Of a stretch of DNA of 64,000 nucleotides, positions 9,383 to 18,570 are shown piece by piece (positions within the stretch are counted from its first letter, which is position 1; each line of letters begins with the position of its first letter). A program made the translations under genes and the position numbers. Origin of the DNA: Methanobacteriota archaeon. GTDB taxonomy: Archaea; Thermoplasmatota; Thermoplasmata; RBG-16-68-12; JAJISG01. Under the pieces are notes generated by a model. The model did not search any database. It had not been told where the DNA came from and saw nothing but the letters and a program-made list of their open reading frames with translations. The DNA is taken from positions 71,870-135,869 of the forward strand of contig JAUVFR010000001.1 of the NCBI GenBank assembly GCA_030594205.1. The letters are read 5' to 3'.

Positions 9383-11086
9383 TCAATACACCCGCGCCTC
9401 GGGCTTCCACCGGGTGATGGTCACCGGCAGGTATTCGATTTCGGGACCTGTCTCTCCCTGCGTCACGACGGTGTGGGCGAGGAAGTTCTCGTCGTCCCGC
9501 TCCGGGAAGTCCGTCCGAAAGTGGGCACCTCGGGTCTCCGTGCGACGAAGGGCGGAGTGGACGATCGCTTCCGCGACCGTGAGCATGGATTCCAACTCCA
9601 GAACGGACGTGAGTTCCGTGTTGAACACGCGGTCCTTGTCGGCGACCTCCACCTTCTCGAAAGACCCCTTCAGTCTGGCAAGCACCTTGGTGGCTTCGCT
9701 CAACGAAGCGGCGTCCCGGGAGATGCCTACGTGGTCTTCCATGGTCGTTTGGAGTTCCTCTCGAATCTCCGCCACCCCCCGTCCTCCACGCTCGCGCCCT
9801 AGGAGGTCGTCGTAGAGCCGCGCCTCCTCCGCCTGCACGGCCTCGGTGGGCAACTCGACTTCAGAGGCTTGGCGGGCGTACCGACCGGCGGCTAGGCCGG
9901 CTCGCGCCCCGAAAACGAGACACTCGGTTAGGGAGTTGGATCCAAGACGGTTCGCGCCGTTGATGCTGACGCAGGCCGTTTCCCCCGCGGCGTAGAGACC
10001 CGCGAGAGAGGTCTGGCCCGTCGCGTCAGTGTGGACCCCTCCCATCATGTAGTGGACCCCCGGGCGAACTGGAATGGATTCCTCTTCGGGGTTGATGCCC
10101 ACATACTTCTCGGCAAGCTCCGTGACCATGGGGAGCCTCTCGCTCAACACCTTGCGCCCCAAATGCGTCAGATCCAGGTGCACGTGGGGTCCGTAGGGCC
10201 CTTCGATGCCTCGACCCTCGCGGATCTCCGTCATGATCGCCCGGGAAAGGAGGTCGCGGGGGCCCAGCTCCATCTTCCCCGGGACGTAGCTCTTGAGGAA
10301 GCGGTCCCCGTCGGCGTTCCGGAGGTATCCTCCCTCCCCCCGGGAGGCCTCCGTGATGAGGATGCCCGTTCCGGGAAGGGCCGTGGGGTGGAATTGCACG
10401 AATTCCATGTCCTTCAGGGGCGCCCCCGCCCGATAGGCCATGGCCATGCCGTCCCCTGTCTTGATCATGCCGTTCGTGGTGAACTGAAACGCCCGGCCGG
10501 CTCCGCCGGTGGTGAGGATGAAGGCCTTGCCGGTCAGGCCTGCCATGGTCCCCGTGCGTAGGTCCAAGGCCGTTGCACCAATGACGCGTTGCCCCTCTCT
10601 TACCAGGGAGGTGACAAACCACTCGTCCAACCGCTGAATGTTGTCGTACTTCAGGCTGTGTTGGAAGAGGGTATGGAGGAGGTGGAACCCCACCTTGTCC
10701 GCCGCGAAGATGGTCCGCTTGACACTCATGCCCCCAAAGGCCCGGACGGCGATGCGGCCATCGGGATCACGACTCCAGGGACACCCCCAGTGTTCCAGTT
10801 GGATGATCTCCTTGGGTGCTTCTCGGGTGAAAAGTTCCACCGCGTCCTGGTCGGCGAGGAAGTCACTGCCCTTGACCGTGTCGAAGGCGTGCAGGTCAAG
10901 TGTGTCGTAGTCCCGCAGCACCGCGGCTAGGCCCCCCTCGGCGGAGACGGTGTGACTCCGCATGGGGTAGACCTTGGAGATGATGACGATGTCCAGGTGG
11001 GGGCTCTCCTCCGCCGCCGCGATGGCGGCCCTAAGGCCCGCCGCGCCACCACCCACGATGACGAGGTCGTGGGAGAACCGCTCCAT
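9383..11086 (-). CDS. frdA: Fumarate reductase/succinate dehydrogenase flavoprotein
   Basis: Start MERFSHD; [16 protein letters not shown] (covalent-FAD His, Frd-type Glu), [29 protein letters not shown]. Confidence 0.95.
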   Translation of the reverse strand: MERFSHDLVIVGGGAAGLRAAIAAAEESPHLDIVIISKVYPMRSHTVSAEGGLAAVLRDYDTLDLHAFDTVKGSDFLADQDAVELFTREAPKEIIQLEHWGCPWSRDPDGRIAVRAFGGMSVKRTIFAADKVGFHLLHTLFQHSLKYDNIQRLDEWFVTSLVREGQRVIGATALDLRTGTMAGLTGKAFILTTGGAGRAFQFTTNGMIKTGDGMAMAYRAGAPLKDMEFVQFHPTALPGTGILITEASRGEGGYLRNADGDRFLKSYVPGKMELGPRDLLSRAIMTEIREGRGIEGPYGPHVHLDLTHLGRKVLSERLPMVTELAEKYVGINPEEESIPVRPGVHYMMGGVHTDATGQTSLAGLYAAGETACVSINGANRLGSNSLTECLVFGARAGLAAGRYARQASEVELPTEAVQAEEARLYDDLLGRERGGRGVAEIREELQTTMEDHVGISRDAASLSEATKVLARLKGSFEKVEVADKDRVFNTELTSVLELESMLTVAEAIVHSALRRTETRGAHFRTDFPERDDENFLAHTVVTQGETGPEIEYLPVTITRWKPEARVY

Positions 11087-11126
11087 CGGCCAGCTGAGAT
11101 TCTGACCCTTGATAATGGTTTGGCCT

Positions 11127-11831
11127 TTACACCGCTGTCGCCGACGGTCGCCAGATGCGCGCTTGGATTTGGCCGGTCCGGATCTTCTCGTAGAAGGGGC
11201 AGTCGGGCCCAACGGGGCAGACAAGGCAGCGGGGGAGCCGGGCGGTGCACGTCTCGCGACCGAACCGGATGAGGGCCAGGTGCGCCTCTCGGCGCTGCTC
11301 CGGGGGAATGCGAGCCTTCCACGCCTCCGTGATGTCCTCGTAGCGCCGGCCCGGATCGATCTCCCACCGTTGGGCGATTCGCCAGATGTGCGTATCCACC
11401 GGCATGGTGGGGTAGTCCCCAACCATGGCGAGGACGACATCGGCTGTCTTGGGTCCGATGCCATTGAGCGCCATCAGCGCCGCCCGAGCCTGTTCCAGGG
11501 GGGGCCGAATGAGTCGGAGGAGATCGCCCTGGTACCGATCGAGGAGATGCTGGGCAAGCGCCTTCAGCCACTTTGCCTTGGCGGTGTAGAGACCGGCGGG
11601 ACGGAGTGCCCGTTCGAGATTCTCCACGCCGGTGGCCGCCACCCGCTCGGGCGTGATCCCGACGGAGTCCCGGAGGTTCTGGAGGGCCCTCCGTTCGTTC
11701 TGGACCGTGGTGTTCTGGGAGATGACTACGGAAACGAGAACCTCGAAGGGGTCCCTCCTTTGCGTCCAGTCCTGGGCGGGATACCTCCGAAGCACCGTTG
11801 AAAGAGCGCGGCGTGAGGTCTTCTCGTCCAT
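11127..11831 (-). CDS. nth: Endonuclease III-like HhH-GPD glycosylase with Fe-S cluster
   Basis: [38 protein letters not shown]. Confidence 0.9.
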   Translation of the reverse strand: MDEKTSRRALSTVLRRYPAQDWTQRRDPFEVLVSVVISQNTTVQNERRALQNLRDSVGITPERVAATGVENLERALRPAGLYTAKAKWLKALAQHLLDRYQGDLLRLIRPPLEQARAALMALNGIGPKTADVVLAMVGDYPTMPVDTHIWRIAQRWEIDPGRRYEDITEAWKARIPPEQRREAHLALIRFGRETCTARLPRCLVCPVGPDCPFYEKIRTGQIQARIWRPSATAV

Positions 11832-11859
11832 CCTGGTTCCCTTCCGGGCAGGTTCCAGC

Positions 11860-12696
11860 TCACGACCTGACGAAAGAACGCATCATGAGGATGGCGTTGC
11901 GAGGCCGTTCCCGCAGGCGCCGGGTGAAGTACGCGAACCAGTGGGGTCCATAGGGGATGTACTCCAGCGTGCGAAGGCCCCGAGTTCGTAGCTCCCGCTT
12001 CAGGGGATCCCGGACCCCCATGAGGGTCTGAAACTCCAGCGTCCGCTGGTACTCCTCCTGCAGGGTCAACCCCTCCTGAATCATGGCGTCGTCGTGGGTG
12101 GCGAGGGCAAACCGCCGTCCCTCCTCGAACAGGATGCGCATCAGGACCCGGTAGTTCTCATCGATGTCCGTCTTGCGCCGGTATGAGATTCGCGAGTCCT
12201 CTCGGTACGCCCCCTTCACGAGGCGGATGATGGCATTGGGCATCATGGCACGAAGGTCGTCCACCGCCCGGTGGAGGTTGGCCTGGAGTGCTACTCCGGT
12301 TTCGGCGTACTCTCGCGAGGTTTCCTCGTAGATGCGTAGCGTGGCCGACGTGTACGGGGTGTCCTCCATGTCCAGCCAGAGGAAGACGCCTTGCGCCTGA
12401 CAGCGCTCCCGCATCTCCTCGAGATTCTCTCGACAGTAGTCCTCATCCATGCCGAGGCCGAGCTGGGTGGGTTTGATGGAGATGGCGGCGTCCAGCCCGT
12501 GGGCATCGATGCCGGCTATGATGGCCCGATACTCCCGCAACGTGGCCTCGACGGACTCTCGCCGGGTGTAGTGCTCCCCCAGGAAGTTAAGGATCGCTCC
12601 GAGGCCACGACCGTTCGCCACCCGGGCCCGACGGAGCCCCTCGTCAGAGGTGTTTCCCGCGACCCACTGGCGGGCTAGGGGAAGGAGAAAGTCCAC
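11860..12696 (-). CDS. Monofunctional proline dehydrogenase
   Basis: LGEH, SIKPTQLG, LDMED, RLVKGAYRE, ATHDD, YIPYGPHWFAYFTRRLRERP. Confidence 0.92.
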   Translation of the reverse strand: MDFLLPLARQWVAGNTSDEGLRRARVANGRGLGAILNFLGEHYTRRESVEATLREYRAIIAGIDAHGLDAAISIKPTQLGLGMDEDYCRENLEEMRERCQAQGVFLWLDMEDTPYTSATLRIYEETSREYAETGVALQANLHRAVDDLRAMMPNAIIRLVKGAYREDSRISYRRKTDIDENYRVLMRILFEEGRRFALATHDDAMIQEGLTLQEEYQRTLEFQTLMGVRDPLKRELRTRGLRTLEYIPYGPHWFAYFTRRLRERPRNAILMMRSFVRS

Positions 12697-12783
12697 GCGA
12701 GAGGAGCGGTCCTGCGCTCAAAAGGTTCGCGGTCCGCCCCCTGGGGAGAAACTTCCTAAAGGAGGGGACCCTAATTCCTGTCG

Positions 12784-13278
12784 ATGAGGTATTCCGAGCA
12801 GCTTGAGAACGCGTCGGGGCTCGCGGAGATTTTCGAACTCGTCAAACGGGTCGTCCAAGACAACCTGGGACGGATTCGTGCGGGCCTGATGCTTGGGCTG
12901 GCGGACCTGGGAAATCACCCTCGCGGTTTCATCGGGGGGTTCCACGCCGTGGGGAGCAACGTCATTGTGATGAACAAGGTCCCCCTGCTTCGGATCCAGG
13001 ACACAAACCAGGATTTGTACAAGCCCTACGCCTTCAACGTTCTCCTCCACGAATACCTGCACACCCTGGGCTACCTGGACGAAGGGACGGTCCGGCCCAC
13101 CGTCGCTCGGCTGAGCGAGGCGGCCTTCGGCCCCGATCACCTCGTCACCCAAATCGGCCGGGATTACGCCGCCTTCTTCCCCAACCTGGTCTACCCCGAG
13201 GCCGCCTGGCAGCCGCGGGAGTTTTCCATGGAGCTTGTGTCGGACTTCGACAAGGGTAGCGCCAGCTACATCGGCTGA
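12784..13278 (+). CDS. Conserved archaeal hypothetical protein with HExxH motif
   Basis: LLHEYLHTLGYLDE; typical codon usage; divergent from proline dehydrogenase. Confidence 0.75.
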   Translation: MRYSEQLENASGLAEIFELVKRVVQDNLGRIRAGLMLGLADLGNHPRGFIGGFHAVGSNVIVMNKVPLLRIQDTNQDLYKPYAFNVLLHEYLHTLGYLDEGTVRPTVARLSEAAFGPDHLVTQIGRDYAAFFPNLVYPEAAWQPREFSMELVSDFDKGSASYIG

Positions 13279-13335
13279 GGGCCGAAACCGTTTAGAGGCC
13301 GAGTGTTTTCACTCCTGCGCTGGAGGAGGGACGGT

Positions 13336-14028
13336 ATGGCCGAATTGCACCCCCGGGCCTACCTGGCTGAATTCATCGCCGTTCTGGCATTGGTCTTTGC
13401 GGGCGGCGGTTCCATCATCGCGAACGAGCTTCTGGGGCCGCAGGGCTTTGGGCTCCTGGGCATTGCCTTCGCCCACGGCATTGTGCTTGCGGTGATGGTC
13501 ACCGCGACGATGCACATCTCAGGGGGCCACGTGAACCCGGCCGTGACCATCGGCCAGCTGATCGCGCGGAAAATCGATGCGACCAACGCCCTCCTGTACA
13601 TCGGGGCCCAACTCCTTGGGGGCGTGGTGGGGGGCGTCCTCCTGCTCTATGCCTTCCCCTCCTCGGCCTGGGACCTCAACGGCATTAAGCTCGGCACGCC
13701 GCAGCTGGGGGCCATCGCCGACATACCCACCGCCATCGGGGTGGAGGCCATCCTGACCTTCTTCCTGGTTTTCACTGTGTTCGCCACGGGCGTCGACAAG
13801 CGGGGAACGGGCCAGATCGCAGGGTTCGCCATCGGCTTCGTCCTCATCTTCGACATCTTGGTCGGAGGGCCCCTCACCGGGGCCGCCATGAATCCGGCCC
13901 GCGCTTTCGGGACGGCAGCGGCCATCGTCCACTTCCCCCTCGAGCACATCGTCTACTGGATTGGCCCCATCATCGGGGGAATTGTAGCGGGCCTGGTGTA
14001 CGGGTACGGACTGCTCAAGAAGGAGTAA
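13336..14028 (+). CDS. MIP family channel (aquaporin)
   Basis: AEF, ISGGHVNPAV, AMNPAR, YWIGP; SD GGAGGAGG. Confidence 0.94.
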   Translation: MAELHPRAYLAEFIAVLALVFAGGGSIIANELLGPQGFGLLGIAFAHGIVLAVMVTATMHISGGHVNPAVTIGQLIARKIDATNALLYIGAQLLGGVVGGVLLLYAFPSSAWDLNGIKLGTPQLGAIADIPTAIGVEAILTFFLVFTVFATGVDKRGTGQIAGFAIGFVLIFDILVGGPLTGAAMNPARAFGTAAAIVHFPLEHIVYWIGPIIGGIVAGLVYGYGLLKKE

Positions 14029-14059
14029 GCACTCGCTCCGAGTGCGCCCCGAAAGTGGG

Positions 14060-14356
14060 CTACACGAGGCGAAAGAGAACCTTTCCCACGATGTGTTCGA
14101 CGGGGACCGGCCCGAAGTCCCGGCTGTCCGTGCTCAGCCGTCGGTTGTCCCCCACGATGGAGATGTGGGATCCATCGACCCGCGAGATTCGTTTCACCAA
14201 GAACCGGTTCTCGAAGGGATGGCGGAGAACGACGAGGTCCCCCACCGAAGGGCATCCCCAGAGATAGGGGAGCGCGCTCGCGATGACTTGGTCGCCCTCC
14301 CGCAGGGTGGGCTCCATGCTTCGATTCCTGATTCGGAAGCGGCGTAAGGGCGACAT
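14060..14356 (-). CDS. sodX: Nickel-type SOD maturation protease (S26-like)
   Basis: SMEPTL, VKRI, GDN..STDSRDFG; immediately downstream of sodN. Confidence 0.88.
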   Translation of the reverse strand: MSPLRRFRIRNRSMEPTLREGDQVIASALPYLWGCPSVGDLVVLRHPFENRFLVKRISRVDGSHISIVGDNRRLSTDSRDFGPVPVEHIVGKVLFRLV

Positions 14357-14376
14357 CACAGGATCACGACCGACCC

Positions 14377-14898
14377 TCACCCCGCGGTCGGAACCACCAT
14401 CTCCCGCTCGGTAGGGTAGTGGGACCCCGTGCGGACGGGCGTCACGTTCTTCGTCTTCCAAAAGATTTCCGCGATTCGGTTCACCGTGTCTAAGAGGTCC
14501 TCCCCTACCTGCAGGTCAGTGGTCTGCTTGGACTGGGAGCCGAGCATCATCACCTTCCAGACCAGATCGTGGAGATCCGGGAAAGCCTCCGCATGATCGG
14601 GTTTGAAGTAATCTCCCCAGAGGATTCGAACCTCATGTTTGCAGATTTCGGCGTGTTTCTCCTTGATCTCGGTGTACCGGGCAATGCCGTGGGCGTACTG
14701 ATCCATCTCCGTCGGCGTCCCCCTGCCCTTCTCCGTCAGCTCCCCAATGAGGGTGTCCATCCGGATGACCGTATGGGCGGCCAGCTGGGCATAGTGCGGG
14801 TCGTAGATGCCGCACGGGATGTCACAGTGCGCATAGGCGGTTTCCTCGGGCAAGATCCTCTCGAGGATACGCGTCACGATTTTCCTTCTAGTTTCCAT
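14377..14898 (-). CDS. sodN: Nickel superoxide dismutase precursor
   Basis: Leader then AYA|HCDIPCGIYDP nickel hook; LWGDYFK; AEIFWKTK; SD GGAGGAGG. Confidence 0.95.
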   Translation of the reverse strand: METRRKIVTRILERILPEETAYAHCDIPCGIYDPHYAQLAAHTVIRMDTLIGELTEKGRGTPTEMDQYAHGIARYTEIKEKHAEICKHEVRILWGDYFKPDHAEAFPDLHDLVWKVMMLGSQSKQTTDLQVGEDLLDTVNRIAEIFWKTKNVTPVRTGSHYPTEREMVVPTAG

Positions 14899-15057
14899 TT
14901 CCGAACCTCCTCCGTCCGTCGTCCAAGTCTCGGAAGACGAACCGCGTCTGAGGTACCGCGCGAAGGCGCACGGCCTTCTAAAGTCTTGGTGCGGGCGTGG
15001 AATCCGCTGAAGAACGTTTGAAATAGCCAACTCTCGTAGTCCGCCGAGGGGCTCGGG

Positions 15058-16581
15058 TTGCAGATTCAGGCCACGCACGGACGCATCGAAGAGGCCGCGG
15101 ATTCGGCGATTGTGGTAAACCTGTTTCAGGGCGTGAATGCTCCGGGAGGGGCCACGGGGGCGGTGGATCGCGCCCTCGAGGGAATGATTGCAGAGCTCAT
15201 TCAGGGCGGGGATCTGAAGGGGAAATTCAAGGAGGTCGTCCTCTTTCGGACGGGAGGACGCATCCCCGCTGAGAGGGTCCTCGTCGTGGGCCTCGGGGAT
15301 CAGCTGGAGTTTGGCTTGGACCGGATCCGGGAAACTTCCGCGAGGGCGGCGACGTTCCTGCGGGAGTCCGGCGTCTCCAGCTACACAACCATCATGCATG
15401 GCACGGGAATCGGCGGGGTCGATCTGAGGGAGGCGACCGAGGCCTTGGTGGAGGGGGCCCTGCTCGGGTCCTATCGTTTCAATCGCTACAGGACGGAGCG
15501 GGACGAAGACGAGGTGGAGCTGACGTCCATGACGGTCGCGGTCAAGGATGCGGAAAATCTGGAAACCGTGCAGGAGGCGATCCAGTGGGCGCGCACCGTG
15601 TCGGAGGCCACCAACTTTGTGCGGGATCTCGTTGCCTCCCCCGCCCGAGACAAGACACCCCGGGAATTGGCCCGGGTGGCCCAGGAGGTGGCCGAGGGCG
15701 CAAGCATACAGTGCACCGTTCTTGACGAGAAGCAGGCCGAGGAGCTGAACATGGGTGGATTCCTCGGCGTCGCACGCGGGAGCAGCGAGCCCCCGCGTTT
15801 CATCATCCTGGAGTATCACGGCGGCCCGAAGGGGGAGAGCCCCATCGCCCTGGTGGGCAAGGGCATCACCTTTGACAGCGGAGGCCTCTCGCTCAAGCCC
15901 GCCAAGTCCATGGAGACGATGAAGGAGGACATGGCGGGGGCAGCTGCGGTCATCGGGGTCCTCCGGGCCGCGGCCGAACTCAAGCTCCCGGTGAACCTCG
16001 TAGGCATCGCGCCTTGCACCGAGAATCTCCCTGGGGGCCGGGCCACCAAGCCGGGTGATGTCCTAACCACGCACCTCGGCACGACCATCGAGGTCCTGAA
16101 CACGGACGCGGAGGGTCGCCTGGTCCTGTCCGACGGCCTGGGATACGCCACGACCTTCAATCCCCAGGCCATCTTCGACATGGCCACCCTTACCGGAGCT
16201 TGTATGGTCGCCCTCGGCCGGATGACCACGGGCATGATGGGGACCAGCGAAGAGCTCATGGACCGCCTCCGCCGAGCAGGAGCCAAGACGGGGGACTATG
16301 TGTGGCCCCTCCCCCTCTACGAGGAGTACGAGGAGCAGATCAAGAGCGACATCGCAGACGTGAAGAACACGGGTGGGAAGTACGCCGGCGCCATTACGGC
16401 GGCCCTCCTCCTGAAGAGGTTCGTGAAGGACGTTCCGTGGGTGCACTTGGACATCGCGGGCACGCGGAAGACAACAGGCGAGGCCGATTCCCTCCAGAAG
16501 GAGTATCTCCCTAAGGGACCCACGGGCGTCGGGGTTCGACTGCTCATCCAGGTGCTACGCGACTGGAACCAGGCGACATGA
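15058..16581 (+). CDS. pepA: Leucyl aminopeptidase (M17)
   Basis: VGKGITFDSGG, MKEDMAGAA, NTDAEGRL, ATLTGAC, HLDIAGT. Confidence 0.95.
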   Translation: MQIQATHGRIEEAADSAIVVNLFQGVNAPGGATGAVDRALEGMIAELIQGGDLKGKFKEVVLFRTGGRIPAERVLVVGLGDQLEFGLDRIRETSARAATFLRESGVSSYTTIMHGTGIGGVDLREATEALVEGALLGSYRFNRYRTERDEDEVELTSMTVAVKDAENLETVQEAIQWARTVSEATNFVRDLVASPARDKTPRELARVAQEVAEGASIQCTVLDEKQAEELNMGGFLGVARGSSEPPRFIILEYHGGPKGESPIALVGKGITFDSGGLSLKPAKSMETMKEDMAGAAAVIGVLRAAAELKLPVNLVGIAPCTENLPGGRATKPGDVLTTHLGTTIEVLNTDAEGRLVLSDGLGYATTFNPQAIFDMATLTGACMVALGRMTTGMMGTSEELMDRLRRAGAKTGDYVWPLPLYEEYEEQIKSDIADVKNTGGKYAGAITAALLLKRFVKDVPWVHLDIAGTRKTTGEADSLQKEYLPKGPTGVGVRLLIQVLRDWNQAT

Positions 16582-17261
16582 GCCTGATCGACGCGGTCTT
16601 CGAGGAACGACTCAATCGATTCTTGGTGCGTGCGAATCGGGGCGGGCAGGCGACCCTGTGCCATCTCCCAAATCCGGGGCGGCTTCGCGAACTCCTGCAA
16701 CCCGGGGCGTCTGTCCTGTTGCATCGACGCCCCCGTCTGCACCGTAAAACAGGGTACGACTTGGTTGCGGTCCGCAAGGGCGAGATGTGGGTTTCCATCG
16801 ACACGGGGCTGCCCAATCGTGCGGTTCGAGGCTGGCTAGCGGCCGAGACTCTTCCGGAGTTTCGAGGCTACTCACACATTTCCTCGGAGGCGATCTTGGG
16901 CGAAAGCCGACTCGACTTCCTCCTTCAGAACGGGCGAGATTGCTACCTCGAAGTCAAGTCCTGCACGCTCGTCGAAGACGGCGATGCCCGCTTCCCCGAT
17001 GCGCCCACGACCCGCGGCACGCGGCATATGAAGACCCTCACCGAGGCTGCCGGGAAGGGGGTCCGAGCCTGCGTTCTCTTCGTGGTCCAGCGACCCGACG
17101 CCAAACGGTTTCGCCCCCGCGACGAGACCGACCCCGACTTCGGGAAGGCCCTGCGGGCGGCTTACGCGAAGGGGGTGGAGATCATAGCGTATCGAACGAC
17201 GTTTGACGGGGTTACACTCGTCGATCCCCAGCGTATCCAAACGGATTTACGCACGAGGTAA
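16578..17261 (+). CDS. sfsA: SfsA nuclease family protein
   Basis: RLNRF, HLPNPGRL, SRLDF, LEVKSCTL, FPDAPTTRG. Confidence 0.92.
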   Translation: MSLIDAVFEERLNRFLVRANRGGQATLCHLPNPGRLRELLQPGASVLLHRRPRLHRKTGYDLVAVRKGEMWVSIDTGLPNRAVRGWLAAETLPEFRGYSHISSEAILGESRLDFLLQNGRDCYLEVKSCTLVEDGDARFPDAPTTRGTRHMKTLTEAAGKGVRACVLFVVQRPDAKRFRPRDETDPDFGKALRAAYAKGVEIIAYRTTFDGVTLVDPQRIQTDLRTR

Positions 17262-17978
17262 TTGGGAGAGGGGATGACGGGATCCCGCGAGGCGGTCCAT
17301 CCACCGACGGCGTTGGCTTCTACCGATGCCGGACTCCAGGACGAGCTTCACACGCTTTACCGAGAACGCCAGGGCGAAATCGAGACGCGGTTGCGGGAGT
17401 TTCGAGCGATTTGGGAGGAAGGTAGCGACGAGGACCTCTTCGCTGAGATGACGTTCTGCCTCTGTGCCGTTCAGACAGCGGCGCGCGTGAGCGATCGGAC
17501 CACACACACCCTCCGCGAGCGAGGGCTCCTCCTCGGAGGTTCGCGAAGGCGCGTCCGGGATGTCCTTCGAGGGGGCTACGTCCGTTTTCACGAGAACAAG
17601 TCCCGGTGGATCGTGGAGGCCCGAAGGCGTTTCATGGAACCCAGCCCGACCCTGCGCCAAGACCTGGAAAGACGAGCCCACTCCCCGCCGGCCCTCCGGA
17701 ACTGGCTCGAGGACGAGGTCCTGGGACTCGGACCGAAGGAGGCATCCCACTTCCTGCGGAACATCGGTCTCGGCGAAGATCTGGCCATCCTCGACCGCCA
17801 CATCCTCACAAACCTGAAGGACCTCGGCGTCCTCGACGCCCTGCCCCCGAGCCTCACGCGAACTCGCTACCTCGAGATTGAAGGGCGTCTCCAGGCGTTC
17901 TGCGAACGGACCGGCATCCCCGTGGGACACATGGATCTCCTCCTCTGGGCCAAGGCGACGGGTTTTGTCTTCAAGTGA
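17262..17978 (+). CDS. ogg: 8-oxoguanine DNA glycosylase/AP lyase (OGG2 type)
   Basis: GLGPKEASHFLRNIG, AILDRHIL, YLEIE, DLLLW, terminal VFK. Confidence 0.9.
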   Translation: MGEGMTGSREAVHPPTALASTDAGLQDELHTLYRERQGEIETRLREFRAIWEEGSDEDLFAEMTFCLCAVQTAARVSDRTTHTLRERGLLLGGSRRRVRDVLRGGYVRFHENKSRWIVEARRRFMEPSPTLRQDLERRAHSPPALRNWLEDEVLGLGPKEASHFLRNIGLGEDLAILDRHILTNLKDLGVLDALPPSLTRTRYLEIEGRLQAFCERTGIPVGHMDLLLWAKATGFVFK

Positions 17979-17994
17979 GGCGGACTCGACCGGG

Positions 17995-18570
17995 ATTCGC
18001 CGGCGTTTCGTCGTCGTAGGACACGATGCGACCACGGCAGGTGACTTCGGCCTCAACGACCTGGCAGGGGCGACGGGACGCCTGGACATCCTGCTTCGCT
18101 GCGTGAATTCCGCCTTCCTGCTCTCCCATGACCTGCGGCGGGATACCGAGCTCTACCTCGTCCTCCTCGGTCCGCCGTGTCCCCCCCGGACGCTCCGACT
18201 GGTGGGCCGCGAGTTGCGACACCTCAACCCGGACGAGCGGAGCACCGCCGCTTTGCTGCGCCAGGCTCTTCGCTCCCCCACGGAGGGCCAGAGCAGCCCA
18301 GGGATTCACGTGAAATCCCTCGGCCTTTCCACGCTTCTTGAGACGTTCCCGAATGAGCTGGTCTACCTTCACGAGAACGGGACGGACATCCGTCAGGCGG
18401 CGCTCTCCTTGCCGACCACGTTCCTGCTCTCCGATCACCATGACTTGACTCCCGAGGAAGAGGCCGCCGTCCTCGGGTTCCGCCCCCAACGGCTCCGGCT
18501 CGGCCCCCGGCCGCTCCACGCGGACCACGCCATCCTCCTCGTCCACAACGAGTTGGATCGTCGCGCCTAG
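17995..18570 (+). CDS. trmY: tRNA pseudouridine(54)-N1-methyltransferase (SPOUT); start uncertain
   Basis: RRFVVVGH, LNDLAGATGRLDILLRC, SHDLRRD, LNPDERS, LSDH, HNELD. Confidence 0.9.
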   Translation: MRRRFVVVGHDATTAGDFGLNDLAGATGRLDILLRCVNSAFLLSHDLRRDTELYLVLLGPPCPPRTLRLVGRELRHLNPDERSTAALLRQALRSPTEGQSSPGIHVKSLGLSTLLETFPNELVYLHENGTDIRQAALSLPTTFLLSDHHDLTPEEEAAVLGFRPQRLRLGPRPLHADHAILLVHNELDRRA

